Sequence record: DRR723986_698
Length of the DNA: 57,659 nucleotides
Direction: 5' to 3' (one strand)
In this document: positions 18,954 through 29,826 of the stretch, piece after piece
How the letters are laid out: the number at the start of each line of letters is the position of its first letter
Numbering within the stretch: position 1 is the first letter of the stretch
Program-made: the position numbers and the translations under genes
Notes under the pieces: generated by a model
The model's input: only the letters and a program-made list of their open reading frames with translations
Told to the model about the DNA's origin: nothing
The model's database searches: none

Positions 18954-19898
18954 ATGACTGTTGCCCCCATTTTCGAGCGCATGGCCCTGATCGGCATCGG
19001 CCTGATCGGTTCCTCGCTCGCACAGGTCGCCCGTGAACGCGGCCTGGTCAAGGAAATCGCGATTTCCACCCGGTCTGCGGACACCCTGCAAAGGGCGGAG
19101 GAGCTGGGCCTGGGCGACAGTTATGCGCTCGACCCCGCCGTGGCGGTGGAGGGGGCCGACCTGGTGATCCTCTGCGCGCCGGTGGGGGCCAATGAGGCCA
19201 TTGCCAAGTGGATTGCGCCTGCGCTGAAAAAAGGCGCGATCCTGACCGATGTCGGTTCCACCAAGGGCTCCGTCGTCGATCAGGTCAGCCCCCATGTGCC
19301 CGAGGGCGTGCATTTCATTCCGGGTCACCCGATTGCCGGGACCGAACAGTCCGGACCCGATGCCGGGTTTCCGACGCTGTTCGACCAGCGCTGGTGCATC
19401 CTGACACCGGGAGAGGACACGGATCCCGAGGCCCTCGAAAAACTCAGCGCCTTCTGGCGCGCCTGCGGTTCCGACGTCGACACGATGGACGCCAGACACC
19501 ACGATCTGGTGCTGGCCATCGTTTCGCATCTGCCGCATCTGATCGCCTACAATATCGTCGGCACTGCGGACGATCTGGAGACGGTCACCAAGTCGGAAGT
19601 TATCAAGTATTCGGCGTCCGGTTTTCGCGATTTCACGCGTCTGGCTGCGTCCGATCCGACCATGTGGCGGGACGTCTGCCTGCACAACAAGGACGCGATC
19701 CTGGAAATGCTGGCGCGGTTTTCCGAAGATCTTTCGGCCCTTCAGCGGGCAATCCGCTGGGGCGATGGCCAGATGCTGTTCGACCTCTTCACCCGCACCC
19801 GGGGTATCCGCCGCTCGATCATCGAGGCCGGTCAGGAAACCGACGCCCCCGACTTCGGCCGTCATGCCAAGGACAAGGCCGGCGCACCGGCAGAGTGA
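18954..19898 (+). CDS. tyrC: Prephenate/arogenate (cyclohexadienyl) dehydrogenase
   Basis: IGIGLIGSS, DVGSTK, HPIAGTE, SHLPH, GFRDFTRLAASDPTMW. Confidence 0.92.
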   Translation: MTVAPIFERMALIGIGLIGSSLAQVARERGLVKEIAISTRSADTLQRAEELGLGDSYALDPAVAVEGADLVILCAPVGANEAIAKWIAPALKKGAILTDVGSTKGSVVDQVSPHVPEGVHFIPGHPIAGTEQSGPDAGFPTLFDQRWCILTPGEDTDPEALEKLSAFWRACGSDVDTMDARHHDLVLAIVSHLPHLIAYNIVGTADDLETVTKSEVIKYSASGFRDFTRLAASDPTMWRDVCLHNKDAILEMLARFSEDLSALQRAIRWGDGQMLFDLFTRTRGIRRSIIEAGQETDAPDFGRHAKDKAGAPAE

Positions 19899-19962
19899 CC
19901 GCTTCCATCAGGAACCGGTCTTGCCAGGGAAATTCCCGGGGGTTGAGCCCCTATTGCATTGT

Positions 19963-19999
19963 AGCCCGTGAGGATCGCTCGACCCTCAAGGGCTTTTTT
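19963..19999 (+). terminator. Intrinsic terminator between convergent tyrC and ispA
   Basis: AGCCCGTGAGG...CCTCAAGGGCT followed by a T tract. Confidence 0.6.
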
Positions 20000-20005
20000 G
20001 TCTCA

Positions 20006-20911
20006 TCAGTTGGTCCGGTTGACGATGAAACGGGCAAGGGCGCTCAGGATCGCTGCACGGCTGCCGTAGGGCGCGAGAAGCGTTTCGGCTTCCTCCACCA
20101 GCCGGCCAAGCTCGTTGCGCGTCCTGTCGGTGCCCCAGAGGCCTACAAGCGTCGCCTTGCCGGCCTCCGCATCCTTGCCGGTGGCCTTGCCCATTGTTTC
20201 CGCGCTAGCTTCCACGTCCAGAAGGTCGTCTGCGAGCTGGAAGGCAAGGCCGATCACTTCACCGAAGCGGGTCAGCCGGTCGACATCCGCTTCCGCTGCA
20301 TCCGCCAGGATGGCGCCCGCCCGGCAGGCGTAGCGCAGCAGCGCGCCGGTCTTCATGGATTGAAGCTGGCGAATCTCCGCTTCGGAGCGCTCGCGGTGTT
20401 CGGACTCCAGGTCGAGCATCTGCCCGCCCGCCATGCCGCCGATGCCCGACGCGCGGGCCAGTTCACGCGATAGCCGCAGGCGCACGGCTGCATCCGCATG
20501 CACGGCCTCGCCCGTGATCACGTCAAAGGCGAGCGTCAGCAAGGCATCGCCGGCCAGGATGGCGGTCGCCTCGTCATAGACCTTGTGCACGGTTGGCTGG
20601 CCCCGGCGAAGATCGTCGTCGTCCATGGCTGGCAGGTCGTCATGGACCAGCGAATAACAATGGATCAGTTCCAGCGCGCAGGCAGCCTGCAGAACGCCGT
20701 CATCCGCCCGCCCGAACAGATTGGCAGCCTCCATCACCAGAACCGGCCGCAGTCGCTTGCCGCCGTTCAGCGCGCCGTGGCGTATGGCGGCAAGCAGCCT
20801 TGGGGGGCGCACGGTTTCATCCGGCAGCGCCTGGGTGGCCAGAAGCGTTTCCAGCGTGGCCTCCACAAACTTGGCCTGGAATGTCAGATGCTGGTTTGGG
20901 TCAAGGGTCAC
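20006..20911 (-). CDS. ispA: Farnesyl diphosphate synthase / geranyltranstransferase
   Basis: GGKRLRP, SLVHDDLPAMDDDDLRRG, KTGAL, FQLADDLLD. Confidence 0.95.
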   Translation of the reverse strand: MTLDPNQHLTFQAKFVEATLETLLATQALPDETVRPPRLLAAIRHGALNGGKRLRPVLVMEAANLFGRADDGVLQAACALELIHCYSLVHDDLPAMDDDDLRRGQPTVHKVYDEATAILAGDALLTLAFDVITGEAVHADAAVRLRLSRELARASGIGGMAGGQMLDLESEHRERSEAEIRQLQSMKTGALLRYACRAGAILADAAEADVDRLTRFGEVIGLAFQLADDLLDVEASAETMGKATGKDAEAGKATLVGLWGTDRTRNELGRLVEEAETLLAPYGSRAAILSALARFIVNRTN

Positions 20912-21056
20912 GATTGGCTCCGGGACGGATCGGCAACATTTTCAAAGTCCGGGTTTCCCTGAAACCAATTCTCTGTATCGTCAAGGCTCGAATTTCAAAA
21001 AAATGCGGGAGCTACCTGCCCGATCTTTTCAAACTGACCCATTTGGAGATTTTTCC

Positions 21057-22271
21057 ATGAAACTGCTGTCGAGCCTTCTGCGATCCTTCATCAAGCGCGG
21101 GCGCATGCGTGTGATCGACGTCGCGGGTGCCGTGCACGAATTCGGGTCGGGCGAGGACGGTCCGACAGTGACCATCCGGCTGCATGACAAAAAGCTTTAC
21201 CGGTCGGTTTTTCTCAATCCGGAGCTGGCCGCTGGCGAAGCTTATATGGATGGGACCCTGACGATGGAGGAAGGGTCGACCTGCTATGACTTCATGTTCC
21301 TGTTTTCCATCAACAGGGCGCCGCTTGGGGCCAATCCCGTACAGGGCCTGTTGCGGAAGGGCTGGAAGCTCTTGCGGAGGCGCCAGCAGCAGAACAGCGT
21401 CGAACGGGCAAAGTCGCAGGCGCGGCATCACTATGACCTTTCAACCGACCTCTATCGGCTGTTCATGGATGAGGGCCTCAACTACAGCTGTGCCTATTAC
21501 ACCTCGCCTGACGACACGCTGGAACAAGCCCAGGCGGCCAAGCTGGCCCATCTGGTCGCCAAGCTGGACCTGAAGCCAGGGATGGAAGTGCTTGAAATCG
21601 GCGGCGGCTGGGGCTCACTCGCCATCCGCATGGCTCAGGCCGGTGCAAAGGTTACCTCGCTCAACGTCTCGCCAGAGCAAGTGAAGATCGCCGAAGAACG
21701 CGTGCGCGCTGCGGGTCTTGAGGACCTGGTGACATTCGTTCTGAAGGATTACCGGGAATTCGAAGGGCAATTCGACCGGATCATCTCGGTCGGCATGATG
21801 GAACATGTCGGCATCGGCCATCTCGACGAGTATTTCGGCCAGATCCGCAGATGCCTGACCGAAAAAGGCTATGCCGTCGTGCATTCCATCGGTCGCATGA
21901 CGCCTCCGGGCACAACGGGGCCTTTTATTCGCAAGTATATTTTCCCCGGGGGTTACGTTCCTGCGCTGTCGGAAGTCTTTGCGTCTACCGAACGGCTTGG
22001 GTTATGGGTCTGCGATGCGGAAATCCTGCGGCTGCACTACTACTACACCATTCGCGACTGGCGCATTCGCTTTGAAGACAAGAGGGCGATTGCCGCTGAT
22101 CTTTATGACGAAACTTTCTGCCGTATGTGGGAGTTTTATCTCTGTGCGGTCGAGCTGGGTTTCCTGCACGGATCCAACATGGTCTTCCAGCTCCTCCTGT
22201 CGAAGGAGAGGGATGCCGTACCGATTGTCCGCGACTTCATCGTCGATAACGAACGGGAACTGAATGGTTAG
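21057..22271 (+). CDS. cfa: Cyclopropane-fatty-acyl-phospholipid synthase family methyltransferase
   Basis: GEAYMDG, HHYDL, YSCAY, LEIGGGWG, SVGMMEHVG, KYIFPGG, RMWEFYL. Confidence 0.9.
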   Translation: MKLLSSLLRSFIKRGRMRVIDVAGAVHEFGSGEDGPTVTIRLHDKKLYRSVFLNPELAAGEAYMDGTLTMEEGSTCYDFMFLFSINRAPLGANPVQGLLRKGWKLLRRRQQQNSVERAKSQARHHYDLSTDLYRLFMDEGLNYSCAYYTSPDDTLEQAQAAKLAHLVAKLDLKPGMEVLEIGGGWGSLAIRMAQAGAKVTSLNVSPEQVKIAEERVRAAGLEDLVTFVLKDYREFEGQFDRIISVGMMEHVGIGHLDEYFGQIRRCLTEKGYAVVHSIGRMTPPGTTGPFIRKYIFPGGYVPALSEVFASTERLGLWVCDAEILRLHYYYTIRDWRIRFEDKRAIAADLYDETFCRMWEFYLCAVELGFLHGSNMVFQLLLSKERDAVPIVRDFIVDNERELNG

Positions 22272-23007
22272 GGTCAAACCTGCAACGGGTGGAAAGTCAG
22301 GCTCCGGGGGCGCGCCGGGGCGCCGCCGTGGCATGATCGGCCTTGTCCGCAAGCGCTTGTTGCAGCTGCTGCTGGTCCTTGTCCTGCTTCCGCCTGTTCT
22401 CACCGTCATCTATTCCGTCGTGCCACCCATAAGCACGCTGATGATCGGGCGGTATGTCCAGTTTCTGTGGGTCGACCGGCAATGGGTGCCGCTTGAGCAG
22501 ATTTCGCCAAACCTCGTCCGGTCGGTCATCACATCGGAAGACAGCGGCTTTTGCGAAAACGACGGCGTCGAGTGGGACGCGCTTCAGGATCAGGTCGAAG
22601 CACTGAGCGAAGGCGAGAAGCCTCGCGGCGCAAGCACCATCACGATGCAGACCGCCAAGAACCTGTTTCTGTGGGGCGAGCGGTCCTACATCCGCAAGGG
22701 GCTGGAACTGCCGCTGGCCCTGATGCTGGATGCGATACTGACCAAGAAGCGGATCCTGGAAATCTACCTCAATATTGCCGAGTGGGGTGAGGGTATCTTC
22801 GGCGCCGAAGCGGCCGCGCAGGCCTGGTTCGGCAAGAGCGCCAAGGACCTGACACGGACCGAAGCTGCCAGATTGGCGACAGCCTTGCCAAATCCACGTG
22901 GCCGGAACCCCGCCAAACCAGGTTCCGGACACCGGAAACTGGCCGGCACGAACCTGGCCCGTGTGAAGGGCGCGGGGCCGATTTTCGGCTGTGTTCTGGG
23001 GAAATAG
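22264..23007 (+). CDS. mtgA: Monofunctional peptidoglycan transglycosylase
   Basis: [35 protein letters not shown]; start could be the later ATG near 22333. Confidence 0.92.
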   Translation: MVRVKPATGGKSGSGGAPGRRRGMIGLVRKRLLQLLLVLVLLPPVLTVIYSVVPPISTLMIGRYVQFLWVDRQWVPLEQISPNLVRSVITSEDSGFCENDGVEWDALQDQVEALSEGEKPRGASTITMQTAKNLFLWGERSYIRKGLELPLALMLDAILTKKRILEIYLNIAEWGEGIFGAEAAAQAWFGKSAKDLTRTEAARLATALPNPRGRNPAKPGSGHRKLAGTNLARVKGAGPIFGCVLGK

Positions 23008-23188
23008 ACGAAGGTGGATAGCGCTTCGCCACCGCCTGTTCTATCCAGACCAAGAATTTTTTCTCTATGGGGTGGCAAAACGTTGGCGTTGCCTGTATAA
23101 CGCCGCGCATTCCAACACGCTGCGTGACGCCACGCCCCGGGCTAACCCGGTCCGGGCCGCGCGGTTATGGACCACGGAGAAAAACAAA

Positions 23189-23374
23189 ATGGCCGTTCCA
23201 AAGAGAAAAACCTCGCGCTCCAAGCGCGGTTTTCGCCGTTCCGCGGACGCCCTCAAGCAGCCGACTTACGTCGAGGACAAGGATTCGGGCGAACTGCGCC
23301 GTCCGCATCACGTTGACCTGAAGACCGGCATGTACCGGGGCCGTCAGATCCTTTCCGCAAAAGACGACGCATAA
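23189..23374 (+). CDS. rpmF: 50S ribosomal protein L32 (Cys-free form)
   Basis: [14 protein letters not shown]...[15 protein letters not shown]. Confidence 0.97.
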   Translation: MAVPKRKTSRSKRGFRRSADALKQPTYVEDKDSGELRRPHHVDLKTGMYRGRQILSAKDDA

Positions 23375-23439
23375 CACCCGTATTCTTCGTGAATGCAGGT
23401 AGCGTCCGGACCGGATCGCCGCATGGCAAATCAAGATTG

Positions 23440-23478
23440 AGGCTGGCCTTGTTTCGACGGGCCGGCCTTTTTCTTTTC
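23440..23478 (+). terminator. Intrinsic terminator after rpmF
   Basis: AGGCTGGCC...GGCCGGCCT followed by TTTTCTTTT. Confidence 0.65.
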
Positions 23479-23562
23479 AGCGCCTTGAATTGGCTATCAA
23501 GATCGTGTCAGCTCGCTCCGATTTCCGCCCGCTTCGGGTGTCCTTGAATTCGGGAGCCGTTC

Positions 23563-23985
23563 ATGCGCCTTTTTTCAGCCGTTCCTTTCACGCTTTTCTC
23601 GCTGCTGATCTATAACGCCCTTGCTTTCACGGTGGGCGCGGGAGAGCCTGGCTTCTGGGCGCAGCCGATGATCACCATACAGATGGTTTCCGGCGCAACC
23701 TTCGAGCTTCTGGCGAGCGATCTGCTCATCACGGTCGGGCTGTTCTTCCTGTTCATCGAAATTCTGAAGGCGACCCGCATCGGCACGACGGCCCTGCTGG
23801 ACCACATGTTCTCGGTGCTGGTGTTCGTCGCCTACCTGGTGGAGTTCCTTGTGCTGCAGCCCGCGGCGACGTCGCTGTTCTTCATCCTCATGGCGATCTC
23901 TCTGATCGACGTGATCGCCGGGTTCTCGATTTCCATCACCGGCGCACGGCGGGACGTTTCCTTCGGCCACGGGGACGTGCACTAA
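23563..23985 (+). CDS. Conserved hypothetical membrane protein
   Basis: Four hydrophobic segments; EILKATR, LVEFL, ARRD; GGAG RBS. Confidence 0.8.
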   Translation: MRLFSAVPFTLFSLLIYNALAFTVGAGEPGFWAQPMITIQMVSGATFELLASDLLITVGLFFLFIEILKATRIGTTALLDHMFSVLVFVAYLVEFLVLQPAATSLFFILMAISLIDVIAGFSISITGARRDVSFGHGDVH

Positions 23986-24195
23986 GACTGCTTGCCGGCC
24001 GACTGCCGCTATTCCGGACAAGGGTGACGTGGCCGAGCGCAGAACCGGCACACGGAATTCCTTTGCGTTTTAGCGCGGTCCACATTTGAAGAGAATGGGT
24101 TCGCTTTGCTCACGCCGTTATCTGGTTGCCGGATCCGCGTGCAGCGCTTCGCTGCATTTGTCAGGAATGACGGGCGCGGAGCAAGACCGGAACGG

Positions 24196-24837
24196 CTAGG
24201 CGTCCTTGCCGTCTTCGACGATTGCGTGTTTCTGGATCAGCGGCAGCTGGGTCAGGGTGAAGACAAGGGTGATCGGCATGATGCCGAAGACCTTGAAGCT
24301 GACCCAGAAATCGGTCGAGAAGCTGCGCCAGACGATCTCGTTGATCGCGGCAAGCACGAAGAAGAACACGCCCCAGCGGAATGTCAGCTTGCGCCAGCCT
24401 TCGTCCGTCAGCCGGAAGGCGCTGTCGAAGACATAGCCGAGCAGCGCCTTGCCGAACAGCAATCCGCCCAGCAGAACCGTGCCGAACAGGCAGTTGACGA
24501 TGGTCGGCTTCAGCTTGATGAACAGTTCGTCGTGCAGCCACAGCGTCAGGGCGCCGAAAACCAGAACCACCGCGCCGGACACCAGCGGCATGATCGGCAG
24601 GCGCTTCGTCAGCCACAGCGACACGACCAGCGAGATGCTGATGGCCACCATGAAGGCGGCGGTTGCCAGGAAGATTGGCTTGCCGACCTGTTGCAGCACG
24701 GGAAAGGCCGCAGCGATCTGTTCGCCGCGGGCATTGAACAGGAAGAACACGCCGAGCGGTCCCAATTCCAGCGCCAGCTTCAGGAGCGGGGAAAGTTCCT
24801 TGCGGGTGGGGTCGTTCGGGGCGTGTTCGAATTCCAT
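24196..24837 (-). CDS. ispZ: Inner membrane septation protein A (YciB/IspZ)
   Basis: [42 protein letters not shown]. Confidence 0.93.
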   Translation of the reverse strand: MEFEHAPNDPTRKELSPLLKLALELGPLGVFFLFNARGEQIAAAFPVLQQVGKPIFLATAAFMVAISISLVVSLWLTKRLPIMPLVSGAVVLVFGALTLWLHDELFIKLKPTIVNCLFGTVLLGGLLFGKALLGYVFDSAFRLTDEGWRKLTFRWGVFFFVLAAINEIVWRSFSTDFWVSFKVFGIMPITLVFTLTQLPLIQKHAIVEDGKDA

Positions 24838-24976
24838 GTTTTTCCGTTATCCTGTTCAGGAAGTCTGCTTCCGGACATAGGTGATGGAGGGTGCCAGGGT
24901 CAAGGACCCCGGTCCGATTCGGAAAATAGAGCCGGAAAATTTCAGGGCCAGTAGAGAGGCACCGGGAAGCGTGAAG

Positions 24977-25720
24977 ATGAAACGTTGGATGCTGTGCCTC
25001 GCGGCCACCTTGCTGTTTACGGTCTCTGCCTTCGCGGCGATGCCTGTTCGCTGGGACCAGCTCAAGGATCCGGAGGCCGCAGCCTATGAGGACCCCTTTG
25101 CCGCACTGAGCGGCACAGAGCTGCGGTCGCTGGGCACGGTGCTGCGGCTTCGCCAGCAGTTGGACGAGACGGCTGAGACTGACGCGGATCGTTCAACGCT
25201 GAAACGTCGTCTTCAGCAGGAAGAAGCCCAGCTTGCAGCGGCCGGCGTGCCGACGGACACATTGCTGTCGCAACGCTTCGAGGTTGCGAAGAAACGTGCT
25301 GCTGCGTCGCTTGCCGGCAACAAGGCTCTGGCCGGGAGGGACATCGAGATTACCGGGTATGTGATCCCCGTGCAGGAACCCGGCAGCGATGAGGTAATCG
25401 CCGGCTACCTGGTTCCCGAACAGGGCATGTGCAGCCACATGCCGGCGCCCGATCCCAACCAGATGATCCGTTACCGGCTGTCGACAGGCTGGAGGGCGGA
25501 GTATGTCTATGAACCGGTCCGGCTGACCGGGCGCTTGTCCTTGAAAACAACCCGACAGGAAATCACGCTTCTGGACGGTCAGGTCGACATGATCGCGGCG
25601 TTCGAGATGGAGGTCACAGGCGCCCAAAGCCTGGGTGAGGAGACCGCCCCGGACCCGATGAGCCGGATCTGGAAGTTCTTCAAGGGGCCAGTTCCGGAAA
25701 ACTCCTGGAAACACCCATAA
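24977..25720 (+). CDS. DUF3299-like exported protein
   Basis: Signal peptide, WDQL, ITGYVIP, LVP..GMCSHMPAPDPNQ, EPVRLTG. Confidence 0.75.
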   Translation: MKRWMLCLAATLLFTVSAFAAMPVRWDQLKDPEAAAYEDPFAALSGTELRSLGTVLRLRQQLDETAETDADRSTLKRRLQQEEAQLAAAGVPTDTLLSQRFEVAKKRAAASLAGNKALAGRDIEITGYVIPVQEPGSDEVIAGYLVPEQGMCSHMPAPDPNQMIRYRLSTGWRAEYVYEPVRLTGRLSLKTTRQEITLLDGQVDMIAAFEMEVTGAQSLGEETAPDPMSRIWKFFKGPVPENSWKHP

Positions 25721-25746
25721 AAAAGGCGCCGCAACGGGCGCCTTTT
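25719..25746. terminator. Bidirectional terminator between the DUF3299 gene and phbB
   Basis: AAAAAAGGCGCC-GCAACG-GGCGCCTTTT. Confidence 0.75.
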
Positions 25747-25767
25747 CCTGTGATTGAGCCTTTGGGT

Positions 25768-26496
25768 TCAGCCGTTGGCGATGTACTGACCGCCGTTGAT
25801 GGTCATCACAGCACCGGTCATGAAGGCGGCGGCGTCGGACGCCAGGTAGACCACCGTCTGGGCGATTTCTTCCGGATGGCCGAGGCGGCCGACCGGGATG
25901 CCGGAGATGATCGACTGCAGCACTTTTTCCGGCATGGCGGCAACCATGTCGGTGTTGATGTAGCCCGGGCAGACGCAGTTGACGGTGATGCCCTTGAAGG
26001 CGTTTTCCTGCGCCAGTGCCTTGGTGAAGCCAATCACGCCGGCCTTGGCCGCGGAATAGTTCGCCTGGCCCATCTGGCCCTTCTGGCCATTGATGGAAGA
26101 GATGTTGATGATGCGGCCCGAAGACCGTTCCCGCATGCCGTTGATCACCGGCTTGGTCATGGTGAACATGGAATCGAGGTTCGTCGACAGGACTTCGCGC
26201 CACTGCTCGAAGCTCATCTTGTGGAACATGCCGTCGCGGGTGATGCCCGCATTGTTGACCAGCACTTCCACCGGACCCAGTTCGCTTTCCACCTGGGCAA
26301 TGCCTGCCGCGCAGGCGTCAGGATCGGAAACGTCCCACTTGAAGACGTGGATACCGGTCTCGGCCTTGAAGGCTTCGGCCTTTTCGGTGTTGCCGGCATA
26401 TGTGGCCGCCACGGTGTAGCCTGCGTCTTTCAGACCCCGCGAAATTGCTTCGCCGATACCGCGCGTACCACCCGTGACCAATGCGACCTTGCTCAT
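25768..26496 (-). CDS. phbB: Acetoacetyl-CoA reductase
   Basis: TGGTRGIG, NNAGITRD, SSINGQKGQMGQANYSAAK. Confidence 0.96.
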   Translation of the reverse strand: MSKVALVTGGTRGIGEAISRGLKDAGYTVAATYAGNTEKAEAFKAETGIHVFKWDVSDPDACAAGIAQVESELGPVEVLVNNAGITRDGMFHKMSFEQWREVLSTNLDSMFTMTKPVINGMRERSSGRIINISSINGQKGQMGQANYSAAKAGVIGFTKALAQENAFKGITVNCVCPGYINTDMVAAMPEKVLQSIISGIPVGRLGHPEEIAQTVVYLASDAAAFMTGAVMTINGGQYIANG

Positions 26497-26616
26497 TCCC
26501 CTTCCTCCTGACTTCCAGTTCCGGGCCCTTTGGGCTCTCTGACATCAATTCAGTCTTGTTTGCTGTTCCCGATCATGGCCGGAGGCCCGGCCATGATCCT
26601 TCTTTCCCTTCGCGGC

Positions 26617-27798
26617 TTAGCGCTCCAGGCACATGGCGACACCCATGCCGCCGCCGATGCACAGTGTTGCAAGGCCTTTCTTGGCGTCGCGGCGGTTCAT
26701 TTCGTGCAGCAGGGTGGTCAGGATGCGAGCCCCGGACGCACCGATCGGGTGGCCGATGGCAATCGCACCGCCGTTGACGTTGACGATGTCCGGGTTCCAG
26801 CCCATGTCCTTGTTGACCGCGCAAGCCTGAGCGGCGAAGGCTTCGTTGGCTTCCACGAGGTCGAGATCGGCAGCGGACCAGCCGGCTTTTTCAAGCGCCT
26901 TGCGCGACGCGGGGATCGGGCCGGAGCCCATGATTGCCGGATCGACACCCGCAGTTGCCCAGGAGGCGATGCGGGCGAGCGGCTTCAGGCCGCGCTTTTC
27001 GGCTTCGGCGGCGCTCATCACCAGAATGGCGGCTGCACCGTCGTTGATGCCGGAGGCGTTGGCGGCGGTCACGGAACCGTCCTTGGTGAAGGCCGGGCGC
27101 AGCTTGGCGACGCTTTCCAGCGTGGCGCCGTGACGGATATATTCGTCATCGGCAACGACGCGCTCGCCCTTGCGTTCCTGCAAGGTTACCGCGGTGATCT
27201 CGTCCTTGAACTTGCCGGCCTTCTGGGCAGCTTCCGCCTTGTTCTGGGAAGCCACTGCGAACTCGTCCTGCTGGTCGCGGTTGATCTGCCACTTTTCGGC
27301 GACGTTCTCGGCGGTCTGGCCCATGTGATAGCCGTTGAAGGCATCCCACAGGCCGTCCTTGATCATGGTGTCGATCATCTTGTAGTCGCCCATCTTGTAG
27401 CCGGCGCGCATGTGGGCGCAGTGCGGCGACAGCGACATGTTCTCCTGGCCGCCTGCCATCATGATGGTGGCGTCGCCTGAAATGATCTGCTGCGCTGCAA
27501 TGGCAACGGTGCGAAGACCGGAACCGCAGACCTGGTTGAGCGTCCAGGCCGTCGCACTATCGGCAATGCCTGCCTTGATGGCAGCCTGACGCGCCGGGTT
27601 CTGGCCCTGACCGGCCGTCAGAACCTGACCGAACACGACTTCGTCGATGTCGCCGCCTTCGACGCCGGCCTGTTCCATGGCCGCCTTCATGACAATGGCA
27701 CCGAGGTCATGCGCCGGGGTGTTGGCAAAGGCGCCATTGAACGACCCCACGGGCGTGCGGGTCGCACTGACAATGACGATATCGGTGAAAGCGCTCAT
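26617..27798 (-). CDS. phbA: Acetyl-CoA C-acetyltransferase (beta-ketothiolase)
   Basis: [30 protein letters not shown]. Confidence 0.96.
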   Translation of the reverse strand: MSAFTDIVIVSATRTPVGSFNGAFANTPAHDLGAIVMKAAMEQAGVEGGDIDEVVFGQVLTAGQGQNPARQAAIKAGIADSATAWTLNQVCGSGLRTVAIAAQQIISGDATIMMAGGQENMSLSPHCAHMRAGYKMGDYKMIDTMIKDGLWDAFNGYHMGQTAENVAEKWQINRDQQDEFAVASQNKAEAAQKAGKFKDEITAVTLQERKGERVVADDEYIRHGATLESVAKLRPAFTKDGSVTAANASGINDGAAAILVMSAAEAEKRGLKPLARIASWATAGVDPAIMGSGPIPASRKALEKAGWSAADLDLVEANEAFAAQACAVNKDMGWNPDIVNVNGGAIAIGHPIGASGARILTTLLHEMNRRDAKKGLATLCIGGGMGVAMCLER

Positions 27799-28093
27799 CA
27801 TACTCTCCAGACTTGAGGCCAATTGACCGTAGTGGACTGGTGCCGCAGGGGCACCTGTCGATGCTTATTATGCATGGACTAGAAACTGCGCTGAGATTTG
27901 TGTCAACCGTAACACTCCGTATCGAAGGCCTGTTTTCGCATTTGCGGTATAATCCTTTCGTCAGCGCACATAAAAAGGCTGGCACGATCCGATACGATTG
28001 GCTTAGTCTCTTACACGGAGGAGATGACAGGCCTGCGAAAGCCTTGTCGTCAAATGGGAAACTAGCCACAAGGCTGATAGGCGGAATTCACGG

Positions 28094-28684
28094 ATGGCCA
28101 AGACCAACGAGCCGACAATCATCAAGAAATACGCCAACCGGCGCCTGTACAACACGGGCACCAGCACCTACGTCACGCTTGAGGACCTGGCGGTGATGGT
28201 GAAGGGGGAGGAGGACTTTGTCGTCTATGACGCGAAGTCCGGTGAGGATATTACCCGGTCGGTCCTGACCCAGATTATTTTCGAACAGGAAGGCAAGGGG
28301 CAGAATCTTCTGCCGGTCACGTTCCTGCGCCAGCTGATCCGTTTTTACGGCGACAGCATGCAGGGCCTCGTGCCGAGCTTCCTGGAATATTCCATGACCT
28401 CGCTCACCAAGGAGCAGGAGAAGCTGCGTTCGCAAATGAGCGAAGCTTTCGGCGCAACGGCGTTCGAGGCCATCGAGGACCAGGTCAAGCGCAACACGGA
28501 GATGTTCGAGCGGGCCATGAAGATGTTCATGCCCTTTCCGGCCGCAGGGGGAGATCCGGCTGCGACTGCCAACCCGGCGAGCCAGGCCAAGCCTGCAAAG
28601 TCCGGCGGGAACGATCTCGATGACATGAAGCGCCAGCTGGAAGACATGCAGAAAAAGATCAACCAGCTCAGCGAAAAGTCCTGA
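28094..28684 (+). CDS. phaR: PHA synthesis repressor PhaR
   Basis: IKKYANRRLYNTGTSTYVTL, GEDITRSVLTQII; divergent from phbAB. Confidence 0.96.
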   Translation: MAKTNEPTIIKKYANRRLYNTGTSTYVTLEDLAVMVKGEEDFVVYDAKSGEDITRSVLTQIIFEQEGKGQNLLPVTFLRQLIRFYGDSMQGLVPSFLEYSMTSLTKEQEKLRSQMSEAFGATAFEAIEDQVKRNTEMFERAMKMFMPFPAAGGDPAATANPASQAKPAKSGGNDLDDMKRQLEDMQKKINQLSEKS

Positions 28685-28703
28685 GGCGTTTACGCGACCT
28701 GCA

Positions 28704-29204
28704 ATGAGCCGTGATCTGGACCGCATGACCGTCGCCATCATTGCGCTTGGCGATGAACCCGTGTTGCTGAAAATCCTCGAGACGTGGTTTGTCGAGGAAT
28801 GGGCCGACTGGTATGGCCCGGGGCAACCCGGCGATGCGCGGGAAGATCTGGAAAAGTGCCTTCTGCCAAATGCTCGCCTGCCGCGCTGTCTGGTCGCGCT
28901 GGACGGAGATGGCAGGCCGTTGGGAACGGTCTCCCTGCGCGATACCTCGCCGGGGTCGGACCTTTATCCCGGCGCCTGGCTGACCGCATTGCTTGTGCAT
29001 CGCGATTTCCGGAAAGCAGGTATCGGCATCAAGCTGATCGCTGCAGCAGAACGGGAAGCCGCCGGGATCGGATTTCCGGAAATTCTGACTGCAACGGCAA
29101 CGGCCGGGTCGCTCGTCCTCAGGCGGGATTGGCAGCAGGTCAAAACACTGCAATCGGCTTCGGGGCCGTTGGATATCTATCGCAAGGCCCTGGGGCCGGT
29201 CTGA
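28704..29204 (+). CDS. GNAT family acetyltransferase
   Basis: WLTALLVHRDFRKAGIGIKL acetyl-CoA binding motif A. Confidence 0.8.
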   Translation: MSRDLDRMTVAIIALGDEPVLLKILETWFVEEWADWYGPGQPGDAREDLEKCLLPNARLPRCLVALDGDGRPLGTVSLRDTSPGSDLYPGAWLTALLVHRDFRKAGIGIKLIAAAEREAAGIGFPEILTATATAGSLVLRRDWQQVKTLQSASGPLDIYRKALGPV

Positions 29205-29238
29205 ACGGGCGTCAGCCCGGACCGCCGTCAAAATAAGG

Positions 29239-29346
29239 CCTCATCCCGAAGAGCGAGCTCACTCGCGTCTCGAAGGATGGGCCGCTTGCTCTTGTGTTTG
29301 CAGCCCATCCTTCGAGACGTGCCTATCGGCCCTCCTCAGGATGAGG
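29239..29346. repeat. Palindromic intergenic repeat, family B copy 2
   Basis: CCTCATCCCGAAGAG...GTCTCGAAGGATGGG ... CCCATCCTTCGAGAC...CTCCTCAGGATGAGG. Confidence 0.85.
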
Positions 29347-29394
29347 TGAAGGGTAGGTGAGGCTTCTTGAAAGAAGGCAGATCCGGTCCTTCCC

Positions 29395-29826
29395 TCAGCC
29401 GCAGTCGGCAACCAGGCTTGCAGCGGCAATGCCGGCGACTGCGCAGGCTTCGTCATTGTCGGACGTGTCGCCGGTAATGCCGACAGCACCAAGGGTTTCG
29501 CCTTCGTCGTTCTTCACCAGAACGCCGCCGGGCACCGGTACGATGGCACCGCCGGAAACGCCGTTCAGAGCGTTGACGAAATGCGGACGGGACTCTGCAT
29601 TGGCGTTCAGCCATCTTGTGCCGGTGCCGACGGCGAGTGCACCGATCGCTTTGCCCGTGGCGATCTGCGGACGCATGATCGAGGATCCGTCCTGCCGTTT
29701 CAGCAGGATCGCATGACCACCCGCATCGAGGACAGCAACGGTAAGCGGTTTCAGATTCAGCTCGGCTGCTTTTTCAAAAGCGGCAGAAATGATGGTCTCT
29801 GCCGTTGATAATGTCAGTTTGCGCAT
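29395..29826 (-). CDS. GlcG/HbpS family heme-binding protein
   Basis: VAVLDAGG, RQDG, GKA, PGGV, GAVGITG..SDNDE. Confidence 0.88.
   Translation of the reverse strand: MRKLTLSTAETIISAAFEKAAELNLKPLTVAVLDAGGHAILLKRQDGSSIMRPQIATGKAIGALAVGTGTRWLNANAESRPHFVNALNGVSGGAIVPVPGGVLVKNDEGETLGAVGITGDTSDNDEACAVAGIAAASLVADCG

Noticed and set aside
17805-19865. 686-aa minus-strand ORF (likewise 5884-7497, 15330-16709, 45365-46702, 50218-51825)
   Set aside because: Shadow frames opposite well-supported genes
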